A DNA stretch of 56,752 nt from NCBI GenBank assembly GCA_032718475.1, contig JAUCBJ010003981.1, positions 1 through 56,752 of the forward strand, written 5' to 3'. The notes beneath the pieces are model-generated. The model was not told where the DNA came from. It did no database searches and saw nothing but the letters and a program-made list of their open reading frames with translations. The translations under genes and the position numbers were made by a program. Below are positions 23,121 through 35,135 of the stretch, one piece after another. This stretch comes from Nemertoderma westbladi (taxonomy: Eukaryota; Animalia; Xenacoelomorpha). Each line of letters starts with the position of its first letter. Position 1 is the stretch's first letter.

Positions 23121-23675
23121 TAACAACAACAATTTGACAAAATTCACCCACCCCCAAACAGTGTCACATGTCTAAGGCTCCGCTAACAGTAACTTTGTGG
23201 CACCTTAGCCAGAACAATGCCTTGCAATTTACCAGATCAGATAGATATAAACTTCGTATTATTTTCTACTCCCGACAATTATATACTGTACACATTGAAT
23301 GCGTTTACCTAGAAATACGACACCAATCCAGAGCAAAGGATAATTTATGAATCGATTTATTGTGCACAACCGAATTGAAGGCCATTGCTAGGCCAACTTA
23401 CACAACATTGCCTGCACTGCACACTGCACAGCAAAAGTCTAATATCTTGACCCATTTGTTAGAACATTCTAAAGTCAGAAAGTTAATATTTATAATTCTC
23501 GAGAAATATTTAAATTGCCGAAAAATAATGTTCCCGTTAATTAATAAATTTCAAAATGATGTCCATTAGATCCACCGTATCCAAAAAAGGTAGAAAACAT
23601 TCACAGATGGCAATCTTCAGAAAATATTTATAGAACCTATTTAATAACATAGAAAACCAACCACGCTCGCGGTAC

Positions 23676-24852
23676 CGGGTGCGTATTCTCAATCGTTACA
23701 CTACTAGGACCTCCTCTTGAATTGGATTGGTTAATGAACTATTATTTGATTGGACGTTGAAATCATGTAAGGAATGTGGAGAGGGGTCGAACTAGTGTAA
23801 GGATTTTATACTCAGTTGGCAGATAGAAAGTGTTCCAAACGCTGTAAGGAGTGGAGAGGGGTTGAACTAGTGTTGTAAGGGTTTTTCACTTAGATGGCAG
23901 GTAAAAAGTGGCAGACAAAAAGTCAAACGCTGTAAGGAATGGAGAAAGTGGGTGACGTCATGTAAGTATTATCTACCTATTAAACGGTTCATTGTCAGGT
24001 AACAGTAAAAATATAATATACGAATAACAGTATACATATATTTAGAGTGTAAATAATGTTGTATAAGTAATCGTTTTACAGACCAATTTCTCCTTGATTT
24101 TTCCGATCGAACATATTGTAATAATAAAGTAGTTGTATTGGTAATATTTAATATGAAAATTCATTAATTTGAAATTCATATTTATTTTAAAAGCATTTCA
24201 CAATTTGTAAACATAAAAGCTCCAATGAAATAAACTCTTAATTTTTCTAATGTCCTCTATTATAATTTCTTCAGTATGTTTAGCGAGAGCTTTCCGGCGC
24301 GTTTTTTAGCGCGTCAAGTCTTATCAGTACCGCAAGAGGTCGGGAAGCAGTTTACTTCCTATTATAAGAGCTACTCGTCGGTGCGCTAGTGCAGTTGGCT
24401 GCACACGAATAGCAGATCGACTATTCCTAAGTAAACCTACAGTCTGAGTCTCACACCTGAACCCTGTGTATAAAGGAATGTATCCCTAGAGCCTATAGTA
24501 CTGTAGCAAAGTTTCAATAGTTTTAGCGTACTCATGGAACCCTGTATAAACCATAACCCAATGTTCTACACTTCTACTGTCTAGAATAATGTGACCTGCT
24601 AGTCGACTTATATAATACTGTTGGTTATGGTGAATCGATGCCTTACATGATTTCACCCACTTTCCCCATTCCTTACAGCGTTTGGAACACTTTCTATCTG
24701 CAAACTGAGTACAAAATATTTACACTAGTTCGACCCCTCTCCCCATTCCTTGCATAATTTCAACATCCAATCAAATAATAGTTCATTAACCTATCCCAGG
24801 TGTTAATTCAAGATGTGTTCCTACTAGTGTAAGGATTGGGATTACACTACCG
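23676..24852. mobile_element. Non-autonomous DNA transposon with long (>200 bp) TIRs, PIF/Harbinger-like terminus
   Basis: 23680-23965 and 24640-24850 are reverse complements (e.g. GCAGATAGAAAGTGTTCCAAACGCTGTAAGGA / TCCTTACAGCGTTTGGAACACTTTCTATCTGC), built from TGTAAGGA subrepeats. GGGTGCGTATTC end; superfamily tentative. Confidence 0.75.
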
Positions 24853-25258
24853 GGCGGCAATAACATGCCAGTCATGCAAGTAGATAAGTCGTTATAAATG
24901 TAGTCCTTATTAATGTAGGCCTACAGTATAGGCCTAATTAATACATGCGATCAGAAACATAAGATACAAGGACGGATTATGGATTTTCAGGCTCCAGGCA
25001 ATCCCAACCCCCGGGCCCCTACCCCACCCCCCCCCCCCCCCCCCCCCTCCCCCACGCCATTTCCAAAAAATTTTGTACCCCTTTAGTAAAGGTAATTATT
25101 AATAAAAAATTATGTACTTAATATTATTAAGTACGGTGTCCACACAAATTTGTAATCTCTTAACTAAAATACTTTCAGTTTGGTTAAATATTAATGTTGA
25201 TTGGCTAGGCCTACTGCCATCTATCCATTACTTCGTTTACTGCGTATATTGTGTGGTT

Positions 25259-26110
25259 ATGGCGTCTGGTGCTGTTCTGAATGTTCAGAGGAGAAACGGT
25301 TTATTGACCGTATTCGTGTCACCACGGAATTGGCACAGTGATTTGACAGATTTAAGGACTAACAACCTAAGTGGACGACCAGAAAAATTATCGCAAGAAT
25401 CTAAAGAGATTATTACTGCAGGTTCTCGGCGGCTGCGGTTGCAGTGAGTTGGTCCGGGAGATTTAGCTGCAGCGAGGGAGACGGTCAACCGTGAGGATAT
25501 CCGGCGATATCGCATCAAAGTTGGACTGAAACCGTGGCAGGAAATAGCCAAATCCCAAAAAACACAACCCAACATCGACGACCATCTGTGGTTCGCGAAC
25601 TATCTGGGCGATTGGGATTCGGATGACTTCCTGCAACTGGCTGTCAGCGACCTCCTGATGAGATTCCCGACGAGTAGCACTTCCGGACTGTCGGGAGTTG
25701 TTGAAATGTCCAGTGTGTTGGTATCTTAGTGATATTCACACCCGCAGACTACTCTGGGTGTTGGAACCCCGCGGACAGAGCTTGGATGTCGTGCACTTAT
25801 GCAATGATATTATGATTGGCCACATCTTTCTTTTTTTGTGAGACCCTGCCAACGTCACAACAGCTGCTGAGAGACGATTTTCCAGACCACAATGTGTGTG
25901 AGCACATGGGTTCAAGATTGAAGAACCAAGTGGAATCTATCGCTCCATGCTGCAAGAACCACCAGCGAACAGGTTCTCTCGTGTTGTAATGGATCAGCAT
26001 ATCGTCACTGTGTTGCAAAGTCTGCGTGAAGAAACAAATCTTTTTCAGCATCTGTTTTGCTGGTTTGCATCTGCTTTCAAGCCATCGGGACCCAGGGGGC
26101 AACTCAAAGT
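25259..26110 (+). pseudogene. Tc1/mariner-superfamily transposase remnant
   Basis: Reading across stops and frameshifts gives SGRPEKLSQESKEII, VNREDIRRYRIKVGLKPW, NIDDHLWFANYLGDW...AVSD, CVGILVIFT/RLLWV, PDHNVCEHMGSRLKNQVE (SPDLN.IE-like). Candidate end TA|CGGTGTCC near 25132. Confidence 0.65.
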
Positions 26111-26259
26111 TCTGAGTCATACTGCTATAATCAACTTCTTCCTCCATTATGTAATTAATTCATTGGTTTGTATTTTTTTTTTAAATTCAGCGCAACTTTT
26201 ATCAAAAAATTTGAAACGTCAAAATGGGAACACAAAAGTTGAATTTCAACTTAAATTTT

Positions 26260-26537
26260 GGCCCATGTGAAGAATACCAGACTTTCTGCCGTTATATTTC
26301 ACTTTGCAGTTACCCTCATGTGAAGAATACCTGGTTTTCACCAAAAACACAGGTTACAGAAGGGCTGAATCTAACCAAAACAATAAACGAATTAGTACAT
26401 GTACAGGTTATAAGACAGAAATAAACGCTATAAAACACTTAATAAAGATAAATTAAAAAAAATAAAAAATCTTCATATATAAAATTCCAATAAAAAGTCG
26501 ACCGAGAAGTGAAATCCTGTTATTCTTCACATGGGCG
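26260..26537 (+). mobile_element. MITE family A, full-length
   Basis: GGCCCATGTGAAGAATA...TATTCTTCACATGGGCG; perfect 8-bp TSD TAAATTTT. Confidence 0.95.
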
Positions 26538-26758
26538 TAAATTTTTGTTCTACAAAGTTGTAGAATTGACTGGGATTTCTAGTGGATATCCAGTTTGTTT
26601 ACACAATATGTCATTTAGTCTGGCGGGGGGGGGGGGGGGGGATGATTGTGTGACACACCTTTAAATTTTTCTATGACTTCGCAAAAGACGTCATTTCAGC
26701 GTAGTGAAAAAAGTGATCCACTGGGAAATATTGTGGGACTGTGTGATATAAAGTTGGA

Positions 26759-27034
26759 CGCCCATGTGAAGAATACCAGGATTTCACTTTTCGGTCGACT
26801 TTTTATTGGAATTTTATATATGAAGATTTTTATTTTTTTTAATTTATCTTTATTAAGTGTTTTATAGCGCTTATTTCTGTCTTATAACCTGTACATATAC
26901 TAATTCGTTTATTGTTTTGGTTAGATTCAGCCCTTCTGTAACCTGTGTTTTGGTGAAAACCTGGTATTCTTCACATGGGGGTAACTGCAAAGTGAAATAT
27001 AACGGCAGAAAGTCTGGTATTCTTCACATGGGCC
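26759..27034 (-). mobile_element. MITE family A, full-length, inverted
   Basis: CGCCCATGTGAAGAATA...TATTCTTCACATGGGCC; perfect 8-bp TSD AAGTTGGA. Confidence 0.95.
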
Positions 27035-28909
27035 AAGTTGGAAAATATATCGGTAAATCAAATTAAGGTAAGCATAACAATTACTTCAAATAAAGGGTAA
27101 AAATAAATAAAATAAAATTTACCTAGCCACGACTACTGAACTTCGTGAATGAATCAAATAAATCTAATTTATCTAATAAATCTAATATAATGTGTAATTT
27201 TATTCCTAAAAATTGCCTTTTCGTGGCTTGAATATTGAGGTTATTTTCATGAAATAAATTACAAATCTTATGTATTTCTATGGGACACATTATATCCCGC
27301 CGGAATTTCCAGTAATTTTATTCTACAAAAAGAATGTACCGGTAACAAAATAAAATATACTCTCGTAAGAAACTGCGTATTGATTGAAGTAAGTTAATAA
27401 AATAAAATAAATAAAATATTATTGACAATAATTATGAACAATACGGTTATGAGTAATTAATACGCTCATAAGTTGTAAGCAACGTACTAATGTACTAAGT
27501 ATTCCATTGTTAGAATTAGAATTGTAGTGCAGTCCTATCACAGCAGAGCATCATTCACCTCCACTGGGTTATACCTCAGGCAGATATGCATGCAGCTAGC
27601 CAGCTAGCCAGACAATCAATATAATCAACTCACCTTCACCCTATTGGTTGTCTGACTAGCTGCATAGTAGCATAGGGTGGCCAAGTCAAGGTAACATAGT
27701 AAATGTTACTCCTTGCTTAGGCCACTATTGTATTGGTTCATCCCATAGTTTTCGTACAAAATAAATGTTCTGGAATGAATATTTACGACATTGGCTCTCA
27801 CCATGGCCATGCTCCCACTATCCTTTGGCTACCATTAAAGGCCCTCCCTACTGTATTATATTTCAATGGCATACTCATCATAGGTATGCTTTATGAACGG
27901 TGTTATTATTAGTGAGATATACTATATAATTACATAAAGGAGATTGTTTTAGCAGTCAGATATCGGTAAATTTCCCCCAACTTTCGGGCCCCTTCCAACA
28001 TACAGACCCCCCCCCCCCCCCCCCCCCGGCGGCTTACCCTGTTGCTTGACCCTCCCCCATAATCCGTCCCAGATAAGAAAGGGAAATTAGATAGGCCTAC
28101 AACCACTTTCTAAATGTTTTACATGTACAACGGACACTTTCGGGTTCGGCGCAGCATTTCAATTTGCGCCGGGAGCTGTGGCATTATGTGCTATTGTGCT
28201 ACGCATACGCCGGCACAGAAATCATCCCACCTCCCGCCGGGAGGCCTTACCGGCATAGTGTATAGATTGGTACCGGTAGAGGATATACCCGGCAGACGGA
28301 CTAGAAATATGCCAGGCAGCCAGATGCATCCTGCATCTGCATCCAGTGTAGGGCATACATTGTTTGGAAGCCAAGGGAAATAGGCCTAATACAATAATAA
28401 ATGAATTGGAGTTGAGCTGTTAATACAATAATTGCAGAATGGAACGGAAACTCTTTAGTACCGGTACACAGTAAGAGTCTACATTATGCCAGTTGAATAT
28501 GCCATGCCACAGCGCCGCTTGCCTTCCTAACATAAACAAACACATTTCCCCCAGACTTGTTGCAACTGAAATACAAATAAATGATATTGACGAGTAGTAT
28601 CCAGTTTATCAAGTCAGACACAGGCAGTCAGGCACTCTGTCAGTATACTTTCTTTAGTTACTGTACCAGTACCGGTACGCTACCGTACTTATAGATTATG
28701 AAACAATTTACTAGAACTGAACCGGTCAGTTATCCAGACATTTACTGCAGTAGCCTACCCACTGTACACTATTAATGTAGACAGACAGTTGGTGTTTGCT
28801 GGTTGAATAGAAACAAGTGGGTCGGGAGAGGAAAAAGGCTCCCTCCCATGTGAAGAAAGGAGGAGGTGTTAAAATATCCTACAGTACTAATTTCAATTCA
28901 AGCAGTCAC

Positions 28910-29023
28910 AGATTGGTCAGCAAAGTGGCCTACCAATCATATACTGTAGGGCCCTATAGTCGATTTAGATTGGTCAGCAAAGTGGCCTACCAATCATATA
29001 CTGTAGGGCCCTATAGTCGATTT
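28910..29023 (+). repeat. 57-bp perfect tandem duplication
   Basis: AGATTGGTCAGCAAAGTGGCCTACC...AGTCGATTT occurs twice in tandem. Confidence 0.9.
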
Positions 29024-30131
29024 TTCATATTAGTTTTTAGTATATTATATATTATATATTAGTTTTTTTTAGAATAATCCTTTTCTTCGAGTCATAATGG
29101 TTTCTTATATTTGATATAATATAAAACCCCACACCAGTTGGTGGACGTGTATGAAATACGCACCGCTATTGCTAACCGCCCACCCATCTCTCCTGAGGAG
29201 CTAAAATAGCTTTAAATACAGTCATACCACAAACGTAAATCAGTGTATCGCCTAAGCAACTTTGTTATTTTTAAGACTACTTTACAGTTTATTAAAGTGG
29301 CCTACCATATTCCTTATTCCTAATATGTGGGTACGGTGTCCCGCTAATATTTACAATGACGAAAACTTGCAATTATGTAGTAGTCTCTAATGTCTTTCTT
29401 TATTCTGAAGGGTAGGTAAGTATTACTTTAAAACCGAATAAAAATTGCATCCATATAAATAAAATATATTCTTAAATATAATGAATATAGCGGCGCTTTT
29501 CGCATTACGGCCTGTTATCAAAATTGTAAATCAATAGATAACAACTGTAAAAGTAATGCATATGAATCGAAAGGTCATTTTAGTTCGGAATTTATTGAGA
29601 TAGTGGAGGGCATTAGGTTTGATGGCAGGGCAGTCAAGGGCGTGAAGAAGTGTACCGGAGTTCCAATAGAGTTAACAGATACATGTCTCGTCTTTCACGT
29701 TACATTGGTTTTTGGTGCAGAGATTATTAAAGTGAAATCCGTGGGAACTTAGTTTCGTAATTAGATGGCGTTCAGGGTAGTTTGCTTCAGTCCAACGTCT
29801 TCGAGTCATTGCGGGCGATAAATGGAACTCCTCTTCAACGTCAGCGAGCTTTTCTTCGACCCCTCGGAGATGTTGGCTGTACGGCTTACTCTCTCTGATG
29901 ATACAAGCTCTTCCGTTAACATTAAACAGCTGGGCATATTGCACATAATTGCACATAATTAAAACTTTTCGGTTTAATGAGTTTCTTGGGAGACCTTCAT
30001 AAAGTCAAATAAACTACCATAGATTATTTCTACTGTACTGTAGGTGGTGTTCTTCTAAATCATCCCAGACGGTTTCTATGGCATAGCAAACAATAGGTTG
30101 TATCATTATACTATAATTATTGTCTGTTATA

Positions 30132-30234
30132 TGTCATGGGTGATAGGGAGTTGTGGCGGTGCAATTTGTTGACAAGCCGGCACAGCATTCTTAAAAATGC
30201 AGCTGCAATGCAGCATGCCGATCCTAGTAGTAGT
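30132..30234 (+). mobile_element. 5'-truncated RTE LINE 3' tail
   Basis: ATGGGTGATAGGGAGTTGTGG...GCATGCCGATCC followed by (TAG)3; terminal ~55 bp match the insertion at 32353-32408. Confidence 0.7.
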
Positions 30235-30844
30235 CTGTTCGAGAACGGAATATACGGATATAATACCTGAAGCAAATTAATCTGGATAACTACTGAGGCC
30301 CATCGTAGTTATACATGATTTATTTGCTGAAGGTATTATATCCGTATATTAACTATAATATTACTATATAATTAGATAGTAGATAATATATGATAATATA
30401 GATAGATAATATAACTATATTTTCCAAGCACCACCAAAAATAAATTTAAAATAATTTTTATTTCAGTGTGCTTGGAGGTTTGCGACAATCTAAGGCATTT
30501 AGTCACGCATTCCGTTGCCCTACTGGCTCCGCAATGAATAAGAAGGAGAAATGTCACGTGTGGTAGTATCCACGGAGGGAAGCAGTTAAAGAATTGGATA
30601 TCACGGAGAAAACAATTATAATTACTCTTTATTTTATAATTAATACTGTATATCATACTCATACTGTACGTCAGGTTTAATAACTATTTTCATCATTGTG
30701 TGAATAGTAGTACGTTTCAGCGTTGAGATGTGATGAGAGTGTTTATGGACCAAGCGATGGAAGTTTACATGTACATAAATAGGCCAGGGTCATAAACGCT
30801 GAATAGCACATTAAGAATTCTAAGCGTCTTATCGATACAATTGA

Positions 30845-31055
30845 GCCATCTTAACTCCCTATCACCTATGATTTCAGGCTGATCCTCACGGCTAAAGCAA
30901 TATCCTACAAAGCGGAGGCGGCTTTGTTCAAGTGTCAAGCTTCGGGAATCAATGAGACGCCTCAAATCTTATAGTGTCCGGTTGGAAATGTGTGCATTGT
31001 ACTCGATACAGTGTACCCGTCATAGCCTTTTGGAGTATATGCCATCCAGATATTT
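30845..31055 (-). pseudogene. RTE-clade LINE C-terminal fragment
   Basis: LDGIYSKRL ... SLTLEQSRLRFVGYCFSREDQP ... IGDREL; same family as 22850-23120. Confidence 0.65.
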
Positions 31056-31099
31056 ATTATAACTTTTTGTTGGGCACAGCTTTTGCAAACTCGGCAGTG

Positions 31100-31171
31100 A
31101 TGTCCAGGTGGGATCAAACTGGTGACCTCCGGGTTGGAAGTCTGACGCTCTAACCATTCAGCTAGCGGCTC
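31100..31171 (-). mobile_element. tRNA-derived SINE head
   Basis: Minus strand GAGCCGCTAGCTGAATGGTTAGAGCG...CCAGTTTGATCCC contains A-box- and B-box-like motifs; cloverleaf stems are imperfect. Confidence 0.55.
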
Positions 31172-32352
31172 AGGTAAACGATAGACCTGAAAATACTATC
31201 TGATACCTTGTATGTCCGCAATTTACCTCCTCATGGCCTCCCATCTGTCAATACCATCATATGATGCCACTGTGCTCAACCCTACGGTACTTGGCCGTCT
31301 TTCCAGAGAGCCAGATTCAGAGATTTGGTTTCCTCAGCAGTTCAGAGTCAATCATAGACTGCCATCGTAAAGGAGTACCGATTCTACTGTTGCTCTATGT
31401 AATAGTGTAAGTGAAAGTTTCCTATGTATTTTATATGACATCCAAATCCTAGGCAGCCCATTCAATATCATATCTTCACCTGAATTCCAGATTAATGATC
31501 CCACGAAGCAGAAGAATCCACATGCTCAAGTTGAGATCCGTCAAAGTTGTTAAGTCAAAGACTTAACTAAAAGACCAAGAATAGAAGTAGACGCCTGTTC
31601 AATTGAGCTAAACAACCGTTGGGCTCTATCAGAGATTCTAAGACTATCTAGAGACTCTTAAGTCATCTACAAAGTCTAAATTAGGTGCTTGGCTGGAATT
31701 CCTCGACTTCTTAGGACAGTACGAGGTTTTACCATCAGCTCATCTTCAATATAGTTAAGGAACTTCGAATTTCACAGCGATGGTCACAAATGTCGTCAAC
31801 CCGTCGTATAGTGATCTTACAGTACTGCTGCAATAACTCTCTCATGAATCCAATATTATTATTAATGCATTCCGTTTGTACGGGATCGTGGGACTGAATC
31901 GAAGGCCTTAATAAAGTATTCAGCAAAGATTCAAAGACAACAGCCAGATTTCTGTCTATCTTTGTTAACAATTATTCTACAATTATGCTTAAGACCCAGA
32001 ATGGGCTTTTCACGGTCCCTTGACCTTTACGGAACCCGTTCTGGATCCTGTGTAGCAGTCCTCTTAACGATATAATCGAGATCAAATGGGGTGATTCCAC
32101 GAAAAATTCCGAAAAGTGGTTGGTCGCACCAACTTACTTTTGGGGAGTGCCACACAGACAGGGCGATCCTTGGCGCACAATTATAATTAGTAAATAGGGC
32201 AAAATTTCATGTCCGTCTGTCAGTCCGTCTGTAATGAAAAATTAATTCGTAAATAACATTCATTCATAAATTGAAGATTTTAATCATTTTCAACCAAATT
32301 TTGTATGGGCATACTAGAGAAAAAGTTCCAATATTTTTGAAAGTTACGGGCA

Positions 32353-32408
32353 CTACTAGGATCGGCATGCTGCATTGCAGCTGCATTTTTAAGAATGCTG
32401 TGCCGGCT
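32353..32408 (-). mobile_element. 56-bp retrotransposed RTE tail with 13-bp TSD
   Basis: TSD AAAGTTACGGGCA at 32340-32352 and 32409-32421; insert is the reverse complement of 30176-30230. Confidence 0.9.
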
Positions 32409-33071
32409 AAAGTTACGGGCAAATACCTCTCGAACTTTTGACTCCAGATCAAATCGAACTTGTTTCGAACTTACTCAAGTTCGCGTGCTGCGCGACGTCC
32501 CACGAACGCAGAATTTCTATACTCTGTGATGGTTTCTTATCGCTGCATGATGCTCATAGTTTCAGTTTGCAGTGGACTGCATCTGTAAAAAGCGCTACCA
32601 GACTGCCGCAAACAGCCTTCGATTTTTTATTTTGGTTTAATAAGTTCGTGGAGTGTACAGAGTGCAGTTGCCCCTGAGTGTGTGGTTTGGTTTGTTTTTT
32701 ATTGAGTATGTGGGTGGGGTACACTTCCTTAATGGATGTTGAAGGGCCTGTCGTTCGCCGCTACCGTGACGTGATGGAAACATGATGTTAAAAATAAAGA
32801 GAAAATTGAGTTTAATTATTTCCAATTTTATATATATTAACTGTACGATCGAAATATAATACAATAAAAAAATAATTATAAATATGTTGTTAATTATTAG
32901 TTAATATAAATTAGATAAATATGTTATTAATTCACCATTAATAATAATAATATATTAATAAAAACTCCGGCCGGCCTAAAAATCAAATACGAAATTACAT
33001 TTTATAATAATACCCTGATAGTAACTATGTGTTGGCAAGCTGTATTTATCGAGGTGTTTGTTATTATACAT

Positions 33072-33141
33072 TTATTATAAGAAGGGATCTAGGGGGTCTT
33101 ATACTTCGAGGTTAGGACCCCTAGATCCCTTCCTATAATAA
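33072..33141. repeat. Hairpin with ~27-bp arms
   Basis: TTATTATAAGAAGGGATCTAGGGGGTC ... GACCCCTAGATCCCTTCCTATAATAA; one arm also occurs alone near 11771. Confidence 0.85.
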
Positions 33142-33192
33142 TAATTAATACTGGGGTGGAGTGACGGGGAATTAAATGTAAATGTACTGTAA

Positions 33193-33294
33193 TAGAACAA
33201 TATGATAATGCTCTCCATAGCGAAAAATATCAAACGGGCCCCAATATGATCGGTTGATATTTTTCGCTATGGAGAGAATTAACATACTGTTCTA
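33193..33294. repeat. Hairpin with ~44-bp arms
   Basis: TAGAACAATATG...CTCTCCATAGCGAAAAATATCAA ... TTGATATTTTTCGCTATGGAGAG...TGTTCTA. Confidence 0.85.
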
Positions 33295-33807
33295 CATATG
33301 ACTATTGGAATATTGCGTTAAGATCACTTAGTACGTCGCCGTTCGGTCCACAGCTGTAGTGCAAGTAGGCCAGTAGAGTAACTGAGTACGGTAAACAGAT
33401 AGGCCTATTTGTGCTGAAACAGACATTACAGACAGAGTTCCCTATAATACAGAAAGTGTCCAGAAAGTGAGTGGGATTTTGATATATCTCAATTTTCCTA
33501 TATTATTTACGCAATAATTTTTATTGTCCGTTTAAATCCTTTTTTTGTCCTTTTTTTTATATTTTTTATGTCCTCCAAAAATCTAATGTTAGGTTCCATG
33601 CTACCGGTTTCTCTACTGCTGTTCTCTCAGGCTATCTGTACCGGTATTAGTATATATAGCACTATTTTGCTGTATTGTATGTACAGATGTTATAAAGCAG
33701 GCATTTCTGTATTTTAGTACCGGTCCGGTACCGGCACCGGTACTGCTGTAGGCCTACTGTGTAGCCTACCATTTAAATACGGTACTGGTAGGCCTACCGG
33801 CTGACCG

Positions 33808-34416
33808 GTTGTTTTGGTTAGAAAATCCCGCGTGGTTAGAAAATCTGTAACCTGCTCCTTTGCCTAATTTGGTAAAGTGACCGTTTATTGTTTTGGTTAG
33901 AAAGGCCCGCCTCTGTAACCTGCTCCTTTCCTTCATTTTGTAAAGTGACTGTTTATTGTTTTGGTTAGAAAATCCCGCCTCTGTAACCTTTCCTTCAATT
34001 AATTAAGTGATCGTTTATTGTTTTGGTTAGGAAATCCCGCCTCTGTAACCTGCTCCTTTCTCTCAATTGGTAATGTTATTGTTTATTGTTTTGGTTAGAA
34101 AAACCCGTCTCTGTAACCTGCTCCTTTCCCTGATTTGGTAAAGTGACTGTTTATTGTTTTGGTTAGAAAATCCCGCATCTGTAACCTGCTCCTTTCTCTC
34201 AATTGGTAATGTTATCGTTTATTGTTTTGGTTAGAAAATCCCGTCTCTGTAACCTGCTCCTTTCCCTCAATTAGTTAAAAGATCGTTTATTGTTTTGGTT
34301 AGAAAATCCCGCCTCTGTAACCTGCTCCTTTCCCTGATTTGGTAAAGTGACTGTTTATTGTTTTGGTTAGAAATTGTAACCTGCTCCTTTCCATCAATTG
34401 GTAATTGTTTTTGGCT
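33808..34416 (-). repeat. 68-bp tandem array, about 9 copies
   Basis: GTTTATTGTTTTGGTTAG at 33883, 33951, 34013, 34081, 34149, 34217, 34285, 34353; conserved CCCGCCTCTGTAACCTGCTCCTTT. Confidence 0.93.
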
Positions 34417-34889
34417 ATAAAATGAGTGTTTTGCTACGTCATGTGGTAATCGATTATCGACAACAACCACAAACTATTAAATCTAAGTCTTTTACCACAG
34501 GCGCATATGGAATTCTATCTCATAGTCTATAAATCATGGAATCATGGAATGTTTTGGCACAGGCATAGTGAAACCAACTGTCCGACAGACCAGAAATCAA
34601 CAAATTTTGAATGTTTTGGCATAGGCATGTTGAAATCAACTGTCTGACAGTCCAGAAATCAGCAGTCTGACAGTTTGAAGAAATACATACATAAAAAGTC
34701 ATTAAAAGGACAATAAAAGTCATTAAAGGGAAAACAAAAGTCATTATGCATAATTCGACAGGACAAAAAAAGTCAAATAAAAGGACATAACAAATCACTG
34801 CCTATTATTTACTGCAGACACTTAGTGACTAAATATCATATAGGGCCTACTATTGTTGTAATGAATAAAGTTTACGCCTATTTATTAAA

Positions 34890-35135
34890 AACGAGCGCGA
34901 AATCGCTCAAAGGTCCGCTTCAACTAACCCATCAACCTACCTTTTACAGTACCACAGAAATTCACCGGAATCTGTGATTGAACTCGGTACCTAGAGATTC
35001 CATGTCAACGCTCTACCAACTTCGCCACTGGGCCGTATGAAACCTTATAAAGCTAAAACCTAACTGGAAATTAACAACAACACCAAAAACAACACCGGAG
35101 TGAATACTACTGTAGAGGTCTCGCTACGTGGACCT
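34890..35135 (+). mobile_element. Helentron/HINE-like element with antisense tRNA-like segment, copy 2
   Basis: Colinear with 14921-15182; AAGGTCCG...GGACCT inverted ends. Confidence 0.6.

Larger units (their letters stand above)
24967..28072. mobile_element. hAT-like non-autonomous element shell hosting nested insertions
   Basis: CAAGGACGGATTATGG ... CCATAATCCGTCCCAG; 8-bp TSD ATAAGATA (24959-24966) / ATAAGAAA (28073-28080); GGGCCCC subterminal motifs. Confidence 0.7.

Noticed and set aside
25797-26147. 116-aa minus-strand ORF
   Set aside because: Antisense shadow of the + strand Tc1-like relic.
29672-29956. Cys-containing short ORF
   Set aside because: No recognisable domain; cannot be supported without a search.
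31200-32100. Coding-looking sequence, possible viral or TE relic
   Set aside because: Frames tried are broken and show no motif I recognise.
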